Shown here in pieces: positions 39,318 through 53,650 of a DNA stretch of 64,000 nucleotides (the stretch's first letter is position 1; every line of letters begins with the position of its first letter). Position numbers and translations under genes: made by a program. The notes beneath the pieces are model-generated. The model saw only the letters and a list, made by a program, of their open reading frames with translations. It was not told the origin of the DNA and ran no database searches. The DNA comes from Eledone cirrhosa. Its lineage: Eukaryota. The DNA lies in assembly GCA_964016885.1 (NCBI GenBank), contig OZ024743.1, positions 222,642,001 to 222,706,000 of the forward strand, in the 5' to 3' direction.

Positions 39318-42300
39318 AAATTTCTGTTTATTTGCCACGAAGGCACAAAAGAAAGGGACATGTACATGGGGGGGGGGGTTTACATATAAATCGAGTAAGA
39401 AAAATATAACAAACAAAATAGTAACAAGAAGGTCCTCAATAGGGAGGGATCGTTTTGGGGTCACACACAACCCCGAAAAAAATGTGCGACCCTTCTCCAC
39501 GGGAGCACAAAGAGAGGGTACTCCCTTCTTCCTTTTCCACCTACAGGCTGAGGTAGAGAGAAGGCCCATTCACACGGGCCATTCTCGCAACTTTCACCCA
39601 CCTTTCATAAAACTGGCTGGAGTGGAGCACCTCTCTCTCCATCCTGATCCTTCTTCCGAAATGGTATCGGAAGAAAAGGACCAGTTGTTGGCCGGAAAGA
39701 AAGGTGTCCGACCTCAGCCCTTTTAGACGCATCCACCATATAACCTCTTTTACCATGGCTATTACACAGAGGAAGACCGCCTCTCCTTCATTTTTGAAGG
39801 GGGGAGGTGGCTTGATCGTTACAATGGACTCGGTGGTCAACCTAATTGGTCCCACCCGTGACAGCAGTTGTTCGACATAGCTCCACAGATCGGTAACGCC
39901 CGGGCAGTGCACCAATGCGTGCGCGATGGTTTCCTCGTCGCGCACGCATCTGGGACAGATCTTTTTCGGGGGGTCCCTACCCGGGCTCCCGTGTCTGTAG
40001 AGCTTATCCCGAACGGGCAGAGCCCCTCAGTAGCACTGCCAGGCCAAGGACTTCTGGAAGTTGTCCATAGGTCCCGGGCCGAAAGTTCTACCGAATAGAC
40101 TGGCCAGTTCGTCCTCCTCCATGCCTAGGGTTTCTCCGAGGGCGTCGTCGCACCCGCTAACCACCAGCCCTCTATAGAATGACGAGGTGGAGTCTCCACC
40201 GATAGCCGGGACCGCCTGCCAGAGAGCCGTGAGCGCCTGGGCACACTCGGTGTGCCAGTCGCCCAGTTTTCTCGGTCTTTGCTTCACCCAGGACTGCAGC
40301 TCGGTGAGCGAGACGAGCCTCGGGAAGGCTCGCCTCACAAACGGGGCCCACACCGGTTGACCGGTGAGGAATACGTGGAGGTGCCGTAGCCTCAATGCGC
40401 GTTTACGCATTTTTAGCCACGGCATCCCCAGCCCTCCTTTCAAAGGGTGTTGACAGCAGATGGATCTCCTCACCAGAGGAGACCTCTTCTTCCAAAGGAA
40501 ATAAAAGAGGGCGCGCTCCATTTTGGCGAGGATCTCACCCGGGCAAGGCACGACAGTCAAGCGGTAATAGATGACGGACGCTATGTAAGCGTTCGCCACC
40601 TCCGCCCGACCTTTCAGGGATAGTTTTCACTCAGCCCACTTCTGGGTCAGTGCAAGCACCCTATTCGTCATCTCACCCCAGTTTTTGTCCACCTGGAGGT
40701 CCGGTCCGAACCAGACCCCAAGCAACTTCACCGGGCCCTCCGTCCACCATCCGACGATACCATCGGACCACATCGGTTTGCCCCTCCACTCGCCGAGTTG
40801 CAAAGCGACTGACTTGTCTCGGTTCAGCTTAGCCCCTGTCAACTTTTCGTACTCCTCCAGTAAGGTGCCGATTGCCTCGATTTCCGCGGTGGTCGACACC
40901 ATTACTGTTACGTCATCGGCGTAGGCCGACACCGCTTTGCGCAATCCTGGTTCCAAAGGGATGCCCTGCAACAACTCCAACTTCCGCAGTAGTGGCTTGA
41001 GAGCCAATACATACAGAAGGGAGGAGAGAGGGCACCCCTGTCGGATGGAGCGGGTGATTTCGAACGGCTCCGAGGGGTTGTCGTGGATGGACCTGGACGG
41101 GATAGCGCATGTCTGCGCATCTCCCACCAGGCCCCCCACGACAAGCTCCAACCTCTTCGCTAACACCTTGGCCAAAATCTTTAACTCTGCATTTAGCAGG
41201 GTTATGGGCCTAAAATTACTAATGTCATCCCCCTTTATCTCGTCGTTCCTCACTAGCGAGACTACGCCCTTGGTCACAGAACAGGGAATTCTCCCGTTCT
41301 GTTGCCAGTTGCAGTAGACCGCCTCGAGGAAATCGGGGAACAAGTCCGGCATATTAATATATAGTTTGTAGGGCAGACCATCGAGCCCTGGAGATTTGCG
41401 TTTGCCGCATAGGCTCAGCACGTCCCCTACTTCAGCAGCTGAGATCGGCCCGTCGCAGTACCTCACCTCCTTGTCTGAAAGATGCGGCAGGCCGTCGGGG
41501 TATGGACCGAAATCCACATCTCCAACCGGCCCCCCGTCCCTCCCGAACAATCGGGCAAAGTGCCTTTGAAAGGCCTCGCACATTTGCTTAGGTTCAAGGA
41601 TCACCCGTCCATCCTGGTCTCACAAAGACCGGATAGTGGATCTAATCCCACTTTTCGCTTCTGTCACACGGGCCCAGCTAACAGCTTTGGTCCCCTCGTT
41701 TCCCAGAGCACGTATTTTGCTTCGGACAACGCAGCCTTCGTGTTTCGCGTCAAAGAACTGACTCAAGGCCGTTCTCGACGCTTGCACTCTGGCCACGTTG
41801 CCGCTTCTCATTGCCTCTTCAACATTAACTACCAACTCCCTTTCCTTCCTATTTCTATCTGAAGCTAACTCCTTACTAACTCCTATTGAAACTACTCTAA
41901 TCTCTCTTTTGAGAGAGCCCCACCACGTGCTGTTGACGATGGCGCCCATCAACCGCTCCTTAACTAAGGTTCTAATCCGGTCCCTGTACGCTCTACTTGC
42001 CGGTAAGGACAAGTTGAGCTTCCAGTAACCGGGTCCCTGCCTATGCGTTCTATCAAGGTGGACTACGCAGGTCACTAACTTGTGGTCTGAATAGCCCACC
42101 ATGAGCATTTCTGGACAACTTAAAAGTCCCTATCCTTGATTCTAACTAAGAACCTATCTAGGTACGATCTAGATTGACCGCTATGATTTGTCCAAGTCCA
42201 GGTTGGCACAGTCGGAAAATCTAGTCGATATCTATCGGCCAGGTCAAATCGGCCGATTAACCCCTTGAGGTTGTTACACGCCCCTCTATCGGGACATACC

Positions 42301-44651
42301 CCTACATAGTCCCAACGTGCATCTAGGATACCATTCCAGTCCCCCACTAAAAGCAAGGAGCGGGACGTCCCTAGAAAAGTCTCCAGATGATGGAAGAAGT
42401 CCGACTGCATTGCCCCAAAAGGGGCGTAAACGGCGACAAGCCTAAAAGCTTCGATTTCACCGCTGCCAAGGTCCAGAACCACGAGTCGACCCTCCGGGTC
42501 CAAGTGTACCGTCTGTGTAGCAAGACCCAGATGTTTTTGCAGCAGAACGACAACCCCACCCCCACCTCCGGGCTGACAGAGAGATGCGTGCATCTCAAAG
42601 TCATCAAAGGTAGGGGCTAGTTGTCGCATGCTGCTGATCCGGGCCTCGCAAATAACCATCACATTTATACATCGTGACCTGAGGTCATTTAGAAGTTTAG
42701 CTTGCTTCCAAGGTGAGCCCAGGCCACGCGCATTTAGACAACCTACTCTTAACACAGCCATGTTGGTGGTAAAGAAAGAAGCACTTACCTCTCTGCGTGC
42801 CGGGGTCCGGGCTGTTCAGTTTCCATGGGGTTGTTGGGTGGGTGGTGGTTTGAGGTGGCGTGGGGGTATTAGTGTGTGGAGGGCTTGGGGTGTTTGGAAT
42901 TGTGTGGGTGTTTGAGGAGAGGAGGGGAAAACCTTTCAGGAGGACGCAGTTCGGTGGCCTGGTGCAGGGTGGCCCCACATCCTCAGGGTAAATGTTTTTC
43001 AATGTTTTAAAAATGTCAAGTGGGACCTTCACCATTTTCAGGTTAGGGAGTCCCGTTGCAATTGTAAAATTCGGCCCTTCGTTTTGTACCGAAGGGTTAT
43101 TGTTTATTTTGTCTATTAAGTTTTTATTGTTTTTGTTTATGTATGTGTAGAGTTTTTGTGTTGTGTTTGTTGTTCTTGAGTGTGCTTGCATTTTGTTGTA
43201 TGTGTTGTGTTGCCAGGTGGGGTTATTTTTGTTTGTGTGGTGTGTGTACGTTTTTTCTTTTTACTTTTTGGAAGGGACCCCCCTCGTCTTCCGAGGATAT
43301 GAGCTCCTCTTCCGTATTGGAGGGGAGGGATATATTACCAGGTTGTGTTTGCACTGTGTGTATTTTTGTATTTGTGTTCTGTGGGGAGGGGCTGGGTGGG
43401 ACCGTGTTTTGGGTTGTTTTCTTGAGCTGTTGTTGTTGTGGTGGTTGTGGTGGTGTTGGTGGTATTATTGTTTGTGGTGTTTGTAATAATGGTTTCTTTT
43501 TTATGAGTTGAGGGCATGAAACCCTCAGGTGACCTCTGCTTGCGCAGTGGTAACACGCGGGTTGCCTACCCTCAACTGAAATATTTATGTAGGTCTCTCC
43601 ATCTAAATGAATTCTCTGTGGGATCTTCGCTATCCTTTCTGGGCTCATCTGCACCAGAAGTTCTACACTGGTCCCACTAAAGACCTCTCTGGGGGATATC
43701 CAACCGAGATTGCAATGTCTTGGTCAAGGTCTAAAACGCCACAAAGTAGCTACCAAGTGTCTACTTTGGGTCTTATGCAATTGAATTTTATTTTTTGAGA
43801 CCTTCTTCCCATGTAAGACGGGAAAAAGGTGAAGTGGGTGGATACAATGGGCGCAATGGAATGTTTTTGCGCCGTTTCTTGATTCTTCATAAGCACCGAG
43901 ATGCTACCGAAGAGTTTTCCTTTTTGAATGAACAAAGTGCTTTCCATTTTGTTCCTTAAAACCAGCTCTATCTCACTCTGAGACGGTTGTACTGGTTTTT
44001 TTTGTAGCATTCGAGATTGTCCTGAACACCACCGTGCTCGTGGCAATTTCTCTTTTTATTTCTTCAGGGGAATTAATGCTGAATGAACCATCGGGTTCGA
44101 AAGTCACATACCTTTTTGCTTCTTCCAACTTTTGCTTTACGTTGGTTAAATCCAAAGGTAGGAACACGTGTTTTTTTTACAGTTTCCGCAAAGGAAATTT
44201 TGTTGTTGTTGTCTTTCTTGTTATTGTTGTTGTTGTCGCTGTTCACTTTGGTGTTCGTATTGGTATCGATAATTTTTCCGTTGCTGGTATTATTTCCAAT
44301 TTTTATCTTTTCGTTTGTTGTTTGTTGTTCCTTATTAACGTTTTTCGTTAAAGGAAGGGGGGAAGCTGGGCACTTTGTGCTTTAATTTTTCCTCGAAGAT
44401 TTTTTTTTTCTTTGGGGAGGGTGGCACCATGGTATTAATGCCGTCCATTACTACAAGCTGAGTTCACAAAATTGTAAGAATAAAACTTTCACCCCAAAAA
44501 GGGGCGAAAATAATAATAACCCCAACGTCTGCAGGCCCAAACGAGGGGTTAAAGTATATCACAATAGAAAAATAAATAAAAAAACTCACTCTTTACAAGG
44601 TAAAACCAATGTAAAACACAGAGCTCGTTAATACATGTCTACTTCCGTCAA
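39318..44651 (-). mobile_element. Tx1 LINE copy B, near full length
   Basis: ORF1 ~42697-44448 (CYHCASRGHLRVSC) and ORF2 39541-42761, both with stops; deletion in RT. 3' end is AATAAA then (TCTG)n. Confidence 0.92.
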
Positions 44652-44714
44652 CAGACACAGACACACAGAGACAGACACACACACACAGACAGACAGACAC
44701 ACACAGAGACAGAC

Positions 44715-47700
44715 AAATTTCTGTTTATTTGCCACGAGGGCACAAAAGAAAGGGACATTACATGGGGGGGGGGGAGTTTACATATAAATCGAGTAAGAAA
44801 AATGTAATAAATAAAATTGTAACAAGAAGGTCCTCAATAGGGAGGGGTCGATTTGGGGTCACACACACCCCCGAAAAAAAAATGTGCGACCCTTCTCCAC
44901 GGGAGCACAAAGAGAGGGTACTCCCTTCTTCCTTTTCCAGCTACAGGCTGAGGTAGAGAGAAGGCCCATTCACACGGGCCATTCTCGCAACTTTCACCCA
45001 CCTTTCATAAAACTGGCTGGAGTGGAGCACCTCTCTCTCCATCCTGATCCTTCTTCCGAAATGGTATCAGAAGAAAAGGACCAGTTGTTGACCGGAAAGA
45101 AAGGTGTCCGACCTCGGCCCTTTTAGACGCGTCCACCATATAACCTCTTTTACCATGGCTATTACACAGAGGAAGACCGCCTCTCCTTCATTTTTGAAGG
45201 GGGGAGGTGGCTTGATCGTTACAATGGACTCGGTGGTCAACCTAATTGGTCCCACCCGTTGCAGCAGTTGTTCGACATAGCTCCACAGATCGGTAACGCC
45301 AGGGCAGTGCACCAATGGTGCACGACGGTTTCCTCGTCGCGCACGCATCTGGGACAGATCTTTTTCGAGGGATCCCTACCCGGGGGCCCGTGTCTGTAGA
45401 GCTTATCCCGAACGGGCAGAGCCCCTCGGTAGCACTGCCAGGCCAAGGACTTCTGGAAGTTGTCCATAGGTCCCGGGCCGAAAGTCCTACCGAATAGGCT
45501 GACCAGTTCGTCCTCCTCCATGCCTAGGGTTTCTCCGAGGGCGTCGTCGCACCTACTAACCACCAGCCCTCTATAGAATGACGAGGTGGAGTCTCCACCG
45601 ATAGCCGGGTCCGCCTGCCAGAGAGCCGAGAGCGCCTGGGCACACTCGGTGTGCCTGTCGCCCAGTTTTCTCGGTCTTTGCTTCACCCAGGACTGCAGCT
45701 CGGTGAGCGAGACGAGCCTTGGGAAGGCTCGCCTCACAAACGGGGCCCACACCGGTTGACCGGTGAGGAATACCTGGAGGTGCCTTAGCCTCAATGCGTG
45801 TTTACGCATTTTTAGCCACGGCATCCCCAGCCCTCCTTTCAAAGGGTGTTGACAGCAGATGGATCTCCTCTCCAGAGGAGACCTCTTATTCCAAAGGAAA
45901 TGAAAGAGAGCACGCTCCATTTTTGCGAGGATCTCACCCGGGCAAGGCACGACAGTCAAGCGGTAATAGATGACTGACGCTATGTAAGCGTTCGCCACCT
46001 CCGCCCGACCTTTCAGTGCTAGTTTGCACTCGGCCCACTTCTGGGTCAGTGCAAACACCCTATTCGTCACCTCACCCCAGTTTTTCTCCACCTGGAGGTC
46101 CGGTCCGAACCAGACCCCAAGCAACCGGGCCCTCCGTCCACCGTCCAACGATACCGTCGGACGACATCATTTTGCCCCTCCACTCGCCGAGTTGCAAAGC
46201 GACTGACTTGTCCCGGTTCAGCTTAGCCCCTGTCAACCTTTCGTACTCCTCCAGTAAGGTGCCGATTGCCTCGATTTCCGCGGGGTCGACACCATTACTG
46301 TTACGTCATCGGCGTAGGCCGACACCGCTTTGCGCAATCCCGATTCCAAAGGGATGCCCTGCAACAACTCCAACTTCCGCAGTAGTGGCTCGAGTGCCAA
46401 CACATACAGAAAGGGGGAGAGAGGGCACCCCTGTCGGATGGAGCAGGTGATTTCGAACGGCTCCGAGAGGTAGCCGTTCACCTTGACTCTAGAGCAGATG
46501 TGGTTGCTGTGCATGGCAGTGATCCAGCCCCTGAAAACGGGTCCGAACCCAGCCGCCGCTAGCACCGCATCCAGGTAACCATGGTCCACCCTATCGAACG
46601 CTTTAGACTGATCTAAATTTATCAGGGCCCCACCAAAGTCGGGTTCGTTCCCAACCCTCTCTATGACGTATCGCATAAGGTGGAGGTTGTCGTGGATGGA
46701 CCTGGACGGGATAGCGCATGTCTGCGCATCTCCCACCAGGCCCCCCACGACAAGCTCCAACCTCTTCGTTAACACCTTGGCCAAAATCTTTAACTCTGTA
46801 TTTAGCAGAGTTATGGGCCTAAAGTTACTAATGTCATCCCCCTTGTTCTCGTCCTTCCTCACTAGCGAGACTACGCCCTTGGTCACAGAACAGGGAATTC
46901 TCCCGTTCTGTTGCCAGTTGCAATTGACCGCCTCGAGACCATCGAGCCCTGGAGATTTGCGTTTGCCGCATAGGCTCAGCACGTCCTCTATTCCAGCAGC
47001 TGAGATCGGCCCGTCGCAGAAAGACGCGGCAGGCCGTCGGGGTATGGACCGAAATCCACATCTCCAACCGGCCCCCCGCCCCTCCCGAACAAGCGGGCAA
47101 AGTGCCTTTGAAAGGCCTCGCACATTTGCTTAGGTTCAAGGATCACCCGTCCATCCTGGTCTCGCAATAACCGGATAATGGATCTGTAGCGGTTGTCTCC
47201 CTTGTTGTGACTCACAACCCCAATAGATTAACAACATCTAGACGGGAAGTAGAACCCTTTCTGTAACTTCCGGCAGAGCCCTATAAAACGAATAGCCTTC
47301 GGCTCTCTCCCTCTCATTCGCCCTTCCGGCGCCTGGCCTTCGCCAGGCGTCTCGCGTTTGCCTGGCAATCAAAACGGTAACTACTAACTTTGCTTCATTC
47401 TTTCATCTATTTCATTGACATATCAACTATACTGTTAGATTGTTAATTAAATATTATACACACAAACCATGTCTCCTTGTTACATTCATACAACCCAGTA
47501 CTTTCGCTATAGATCTAATCCCACTTTTCGCTTCTGTCACGCGGGCCCAGCTAACAGCTTTGGTCCCCTCGTTTCCCAGAGCACGTATTTTGCTTCGGAC
47601 AACGCAGCCTTCGTGTTTCGCGTCGAAGAACTGGCTCAAGGCCGTTCTCGACGCTTGCACTCTGGCCACGTTGCCGCTTCTCATTGCCTCTTCAACATTA

Positions 47701-48537
47701 ACTACCAACTCCCTTTCCTTCCTATTTCTATCTGAGACTAACTCCTTACTAACTCCTATTGAAACTACTCTAATCTCTCTTTTTAAAGAGCCCCACCACG
47801 TGCTGTTGACGATGGCGCCCATCAACCGCTCCTTAACTAAGGTTCTAATCCGGTCCCTGTACGCTCGACTTGCCGGAAAGGACAAGTTGAGCTTCCAGTA
47901 ACCGGGTCCCTGCCTATACGTTCTATCAATGTGGACTACGCAGGTCACTAACTTGTGGTCTGAATAGCCCACCATGAGCATTTCTGGACAACTTAAAATG
48001 TTCCTATCCTTAATTCTAACTAAGAACCTATCTAGGTACGATCTAGATTAACCGCTATTATTTGACCAAGTCCAGGTTGGCACAGTCGGAAAATCTAGTC
48101 GGTATCTATAGGCCAGGTCAAATCGGCCGATTAACCCCTTGAGGCTGTTACACCCCCCTCTATCGGGACATGCCCCTACATAGTCCCAACGTGCATCTAG
48201 GATACCATTCCAGTGCCCCACTAAAAGCAAGGAGCGGGACGTCCTTAGAAAAGTCTCCAGACGATGGAAGAAGTCCGACCGCATTGCCCCAAAAGGGGCG
48301 TAAACGGAGACAAGCCTAAAGGCTTCGCCTTCACCACTGCCAAGGTCCAGAACCACGAGTCGACCCTCCGGGTCCAAGTGTACCGTTTGTGTAGCGAGAC
48401 CCAGATGTTTTTGCAGCAGAACGACAACCCCACCCCCACCCCCGGGCAGACAGAGAGATGCGTGCATCTCAAAGTCATCAAAAGTGGGGGCTAGTTGTCG
48501 CACGCTGTTGATCCGGGCCTCGCAAATAACCATCACC
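44715..48537 (-). mobile_element. Tx1 LINE copy C, 5'-truncated in the APE domain
   Basis: ORF2 is highly similar to copy B, with the same 3' UTR and TCTG tail. Confidence 0.92.
47185..47511 (+). mobile_element. Solo LTR (Gypsy-like) inserted in Tx1 copy C
   Basis: TGTAGCG...CGCTATA termini, 4-bp TSD GATC, TATAAAA at ~47282. The empty site GGATCTAATCCC is seen in copy B. Confidence 0.8.
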
Positions 48538-48852
48538 AGACACACACACAGACAGACACACAGACAGACAGACAGACACACAGACAGACAGACACACACA
48601 GACAGACAGACAGACACAGACAGACAGACACACACACAGACAGACACATACAGACACACACACACACACACACAGACAGACACACACACACAGACATACA
48701 CACTCATGGAAAGACACACACACTCATGCATGCACACACATACACAATCACACATGCATACCCTAATGGGAAGACACACACAGACAGACACACACTCTCA
48801 TACACACACACACACATATACATCCATACACATACATCCATGCACACATTCT

Positions 48853-48887
<35 letters not shown>

Positions 48888-49159
48888 TCATGCACCCATA
48901 CATATATATATCCATGCACACATACACACACACATATACATCCATACACATACACACACATTCATGCACCCATACACATATATCCACGCACGCACACACA
49001 GACACACACATATATGCACCCATAGACACATAGTTAATGTATGTACTTACATATACATATTCCACCATCAGCAGAAAAGTAGAAAATGCAGTTGTTTTCT
49101 TCTAACATGATTTATATTTATTGTAATACATTTTTTTTAAAGTACCTCTATTTTAGTAC

Positions 49160-49950
<791 letters not shown>

Positions 49951-50081
49951 TTAAGACCATTTTCCTTGCTAAAATTAAAAGTATCCCTAGTTTAGTACTA
50001 TACTACAACAACAACAACAACAACAACAAAATAAGCATTTTAAAACCATTTTCCTGCTAAAATTAAAATCACCTCACTTAC

Positions 50082-50147
50082 ACTGCTTGGCCACATCAAA
50101 CGCCTCAAAGTGTGGTCTGTCTAGAATATGTCTTGAGAATATAATAC
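50082..50147 (-). CDS. Candidate host exon (xIIFSRHILDRPHFEAFDVAKQ)
   Basis: TTTCTCTTTACAG| 66 nt |GTAAGT; symmetric phase 1, only one frame open. Confidence 0.4.
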
Positions 50148-50479
50148 CTGTAAAGAGAAATCAATGGTAAATCAATGGTAGATCAATGATAGAAACCAGA
50201 TCAATTATAGCCTGAAGTTAATGCAATGCCAATGAACATGGTTGGCATCTCTCTTAACCCTTTAGCATTTAAGTCGGCCATATCAAGCTAGAATTCTCTC
50301 CCTTCTTTCTGTTCAAATTGGCCATACTGATGTTAAGGCATTGTTCTCAAAATAAATAATATCAAAATCTCATAGATTCGATATTATATGAGATATTATG
50401 TAAGATAGCGAAAATACAGTAGTATAAATAGAGTTTTGTTGTGTCACCATCACGATCACGACCACTTTACAGTGGTTGT

Positions 50480-50853
50480 GATGGTGACACAACAAAAAAT
50501 GCTCAGCCCACACTGTAAAGTGGTCATGTAGGTGTCACAACAAAAAGTGCCCAGCCCACACTGTAAAGTGGTCATGTAGGTGTCACAACAAAAAGTGCCC
50601 AGCCCACACTGTAAAGTGGTCATGTAGGTGTCACAACAAAAAGTGCCCAGCCCACACTTTAAAGTGGTCATGTAGGTGTCACAACAAAAAGCACCCAGCA
50701 CACACTGTAAATGTGGTTGGCATTAGGATGGGCATCCAACCATAAAAACCAAGCCAAAATCAGCCCTGCGTGAGTGAAACACGGCCCTCCGACCAGATCT
50801 TTCACATGCTAGCATGAAAAATGGATGTTAAACGATGATGATGATGATGATGA
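50480..50853 (+). repeat. 48-bp tandem repeat derived from the RTE/SINE 3' UTR, followed by a (GAT)n tail
   Basis: CACACTGTAAAGTGGTCATGTAGGTGTCACAACAAAAAGTGCCCAGCC, about 4-5 copies. Confidence 0.85.
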
Positions 50854-51388
50854 TATAGTAGCAGTACTGTCGCAAAGGAATGAGAAATATTCCATTGCAA
50901 CCATTATCATCATCATCATTATCATCAATTTTACATCCACGTTTCCATATTGGGATGAGATCTTTTAAAACTATGTTTTAAAGTTGGATGTTGTGAAGCA
51001 TTCTATCTAATGTTCTAATAATTCTGCCAATTCACTGCTTTAGATAAAATATACCGCAGTAAAAAAATACATCACAGGAAAGTTCCTAGTATTGATGATT
51101 AGAAAGGTATTGGCTTACAAACAAAAATTGACTCTCAATCATTAGAGAATACACAAATGGTTAAATGCCATCCTGTGTGGTAAACAATCCTTACTTGAAC
51201 AGATGATATAGAGTAAGATCCAGTAGCAATATAGTAACAGACTGTTTTAGACTGGAACTGTGTCTACCAATAATGGGAAAGTCATTGACAGATATTATAC
51301 AGTTAATAATAGATATATATGGATGTGTAGATATACTGACACTAGAGCAGAAAATACCCCTTGGTAAGTAAAGAGTACTAAAATGGAC

Positions 51389-53255
51389 ATCATCATCATC
51401 ATTTTTACGTCCAGTTTTCTATGCTTGCAAGCAGTGCTGGATTTAGGACAAATGAGGCCCTGTGATAGTTAAGTTATGAGGCCCCTTTGAATGTTTGACA
51501 TGAAAAACATTTGAAAAATTCATCATAAAAATTTTTTTTACAGGAAGATGTGTTCCCCTGGCCAACGGGGCCCTGTGCTTAAGCATACCTAAGCACAATG
51601 GTAAATCTGGCACTGCTTGCATGTGTTGAACAGGTCCTTTTCAGGTCAGCATCCCTCCACTCACCACATTTTGTCATTTCCTCTGTGAGTCGCAGTTGGT
51701 CTACCTCAACTCTATCTTCCTTCCACTGGGATTTCCTGGCACTTCTTCACCCAGTGATCATCATCCATGCACATCATGTCTGTACCAACGCAGTCTTCTC
51801 TCCTGCACACCATCTTGGATTCCTCTTAAACCCAGTTTCTCCCTTAGTTCATCCAAGATCTGCCTTTCTCTCACACTTACATTGCACATCCAACAAAACA
51901 TGGTTGCTTCATTTCTCTCCAGCCTACGCATGTCCTCTGCAGTCACTGCTCATGTTTCACTGCCATGCAGTATTGCACTTCACACACAAGTGTCATACAT
52001 TTATCCTTTTGTACGCAGAGAGAAATATTTTGTACTCAACAGTGGGAGTAAACTTCTTCTATCCTATCCTTATTCTAACTAGGATGCTCTCAGAGCATTC
52101 TCCTCCACTGCTTATTAAGTCACCTAGATAACAGAAACTATCAGCCACTTCGCTAGATCATTCAGGTGATTGGAAACAGTTTTCATCACTGATTCTCTTG
52201 ATTACCCCGATGCATTTTCTACATACTAAGTCTTCCCTTCCTGTTAGTCTACCAATACATTCCTACTCACTCTTTACTGACAGCTTGTCTGTACATGACT
52301 TGCACTGCTCTCACAAGCCATTCTTCTACACCTAATTGTCTTAAGGACCACCAGATAATAGATCAAGTATTCTGTCAAAGGCCTTTTCTAGATCAACAAA
52401 AGCTAAATATAGCAGCTTATTCTTAGCTAGGACTTCTCTTGTAGTTGCCTCACTAGAAAGAAGGCATCTGTAGTACTTTTTCCAGGCATGAAACCAAACT
52501 GCATCTCATCTATTTTGACTCTTTCCCTAATTATCTGTACTATAACTCTTTCCATCACTTTCACAACTCAGTCCATCAGTTTTATTCCTCTATAGTTATA
52601 CTTTCTAGAACCTCACCTTTGCCCTTGTAACAATTTATGATTGTACTACTGCATCAGTTATTGGGTATGATTCCGTCCTCTATTACCTGATTGACTATGC
52701 GGGTTACTAGTTCAATTCCTACTTCTGATGCCTTTAGCACCTCAGCAACTATCTCTGACAGTCCTGCAGCTTTACCATTCTTCATCTTAATTGCTGCTTT
52801 GACCCTATAGTTATCAACTTCAATAGCTAGTCCTTCTGTTGGGTAAGTTAGGGTTAGTCTCTCTTTCTTCCATTCATCAATCTCTTATAGTAACATTTCC
52901 AGGCCTCTTTCTTTTTTTAGCATCAGTGGTGTTAAATGCTCCAGTGTCATTTCTAACACACTTTTCATCCAAAACATCCTGCTTTACATTAACACATTGC
53001 CTTGCAATGCAGAACACTTCATGTCGCTGATCCACACAAGATATTGGCAAACTTCCTTTTACAGCTTCTTTCCGACCTGTGTGTACCTATGTTCTAGCTT
53101 CTCTCTTAGCTACCTGATAATTGTCACCGCTTCCCCCATTTTTCCAATTTTCCATACCTATCTCTTGGCTTTAATGGCTCTATCCACTGAGCTGTTCCAT
53201 CACCATGTCACCCTTTGTCTAGCTGTCAGGCACTTTGGTCCAGCCACAAGTCAGT
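51389..53255 (-). mobile_element. Decayed RTE LINE fragment
   Basis: Homologous to 15950-18050 (RVTWWWN, DLEKAFD, RRLERNE, RLRWY); (GAT)n tail. Confidence 0.85.
51432..51615. mobile_element. hAT-type MITE in the RTE 3' end
   Basis: TIR CAGTGCTGGATTTA / TAAATCTGGCACTG; TSD CTTGCAAG / CTTGCATG. Confidence 0.8.
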
Positions 53256-53278
53256 AGTTCGCAAAAAGATGTCATGTA

Positions 53279-53330
<52 letters not shown>

Positions 53331-53346
53331 AAAGAGAGAGAGAGAG

Positions 53347-53443
<97 letters not shown>

Positions 53444-53474
53444 AAGAGAGAGAGAGAGAGACTATATATATATT

Positions 53475-53650
53475 TATATCTGTATTTTTAACCGTTGGTC
53501 AATCAATGATAAACATTGATTGCCAAATAAATTAACTATGGAGATATAAAAGATACAGAAGCGAAAACCAACCAAACAGTGAGTGTGTTCTGTTATTATT
53601 TCTGGCAATATTATTACAACAATATGACCCTCCCCAAGTATAACAATATA
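53475..53650 (+). mobile_element. PLE-type 3' terminus (inverted relative at 55570-55755)
   Basis: Ends ATGACCCTCCCCAAGTATAACAAT + (TA)n, like the end at 7725. Confidence 0.55.
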
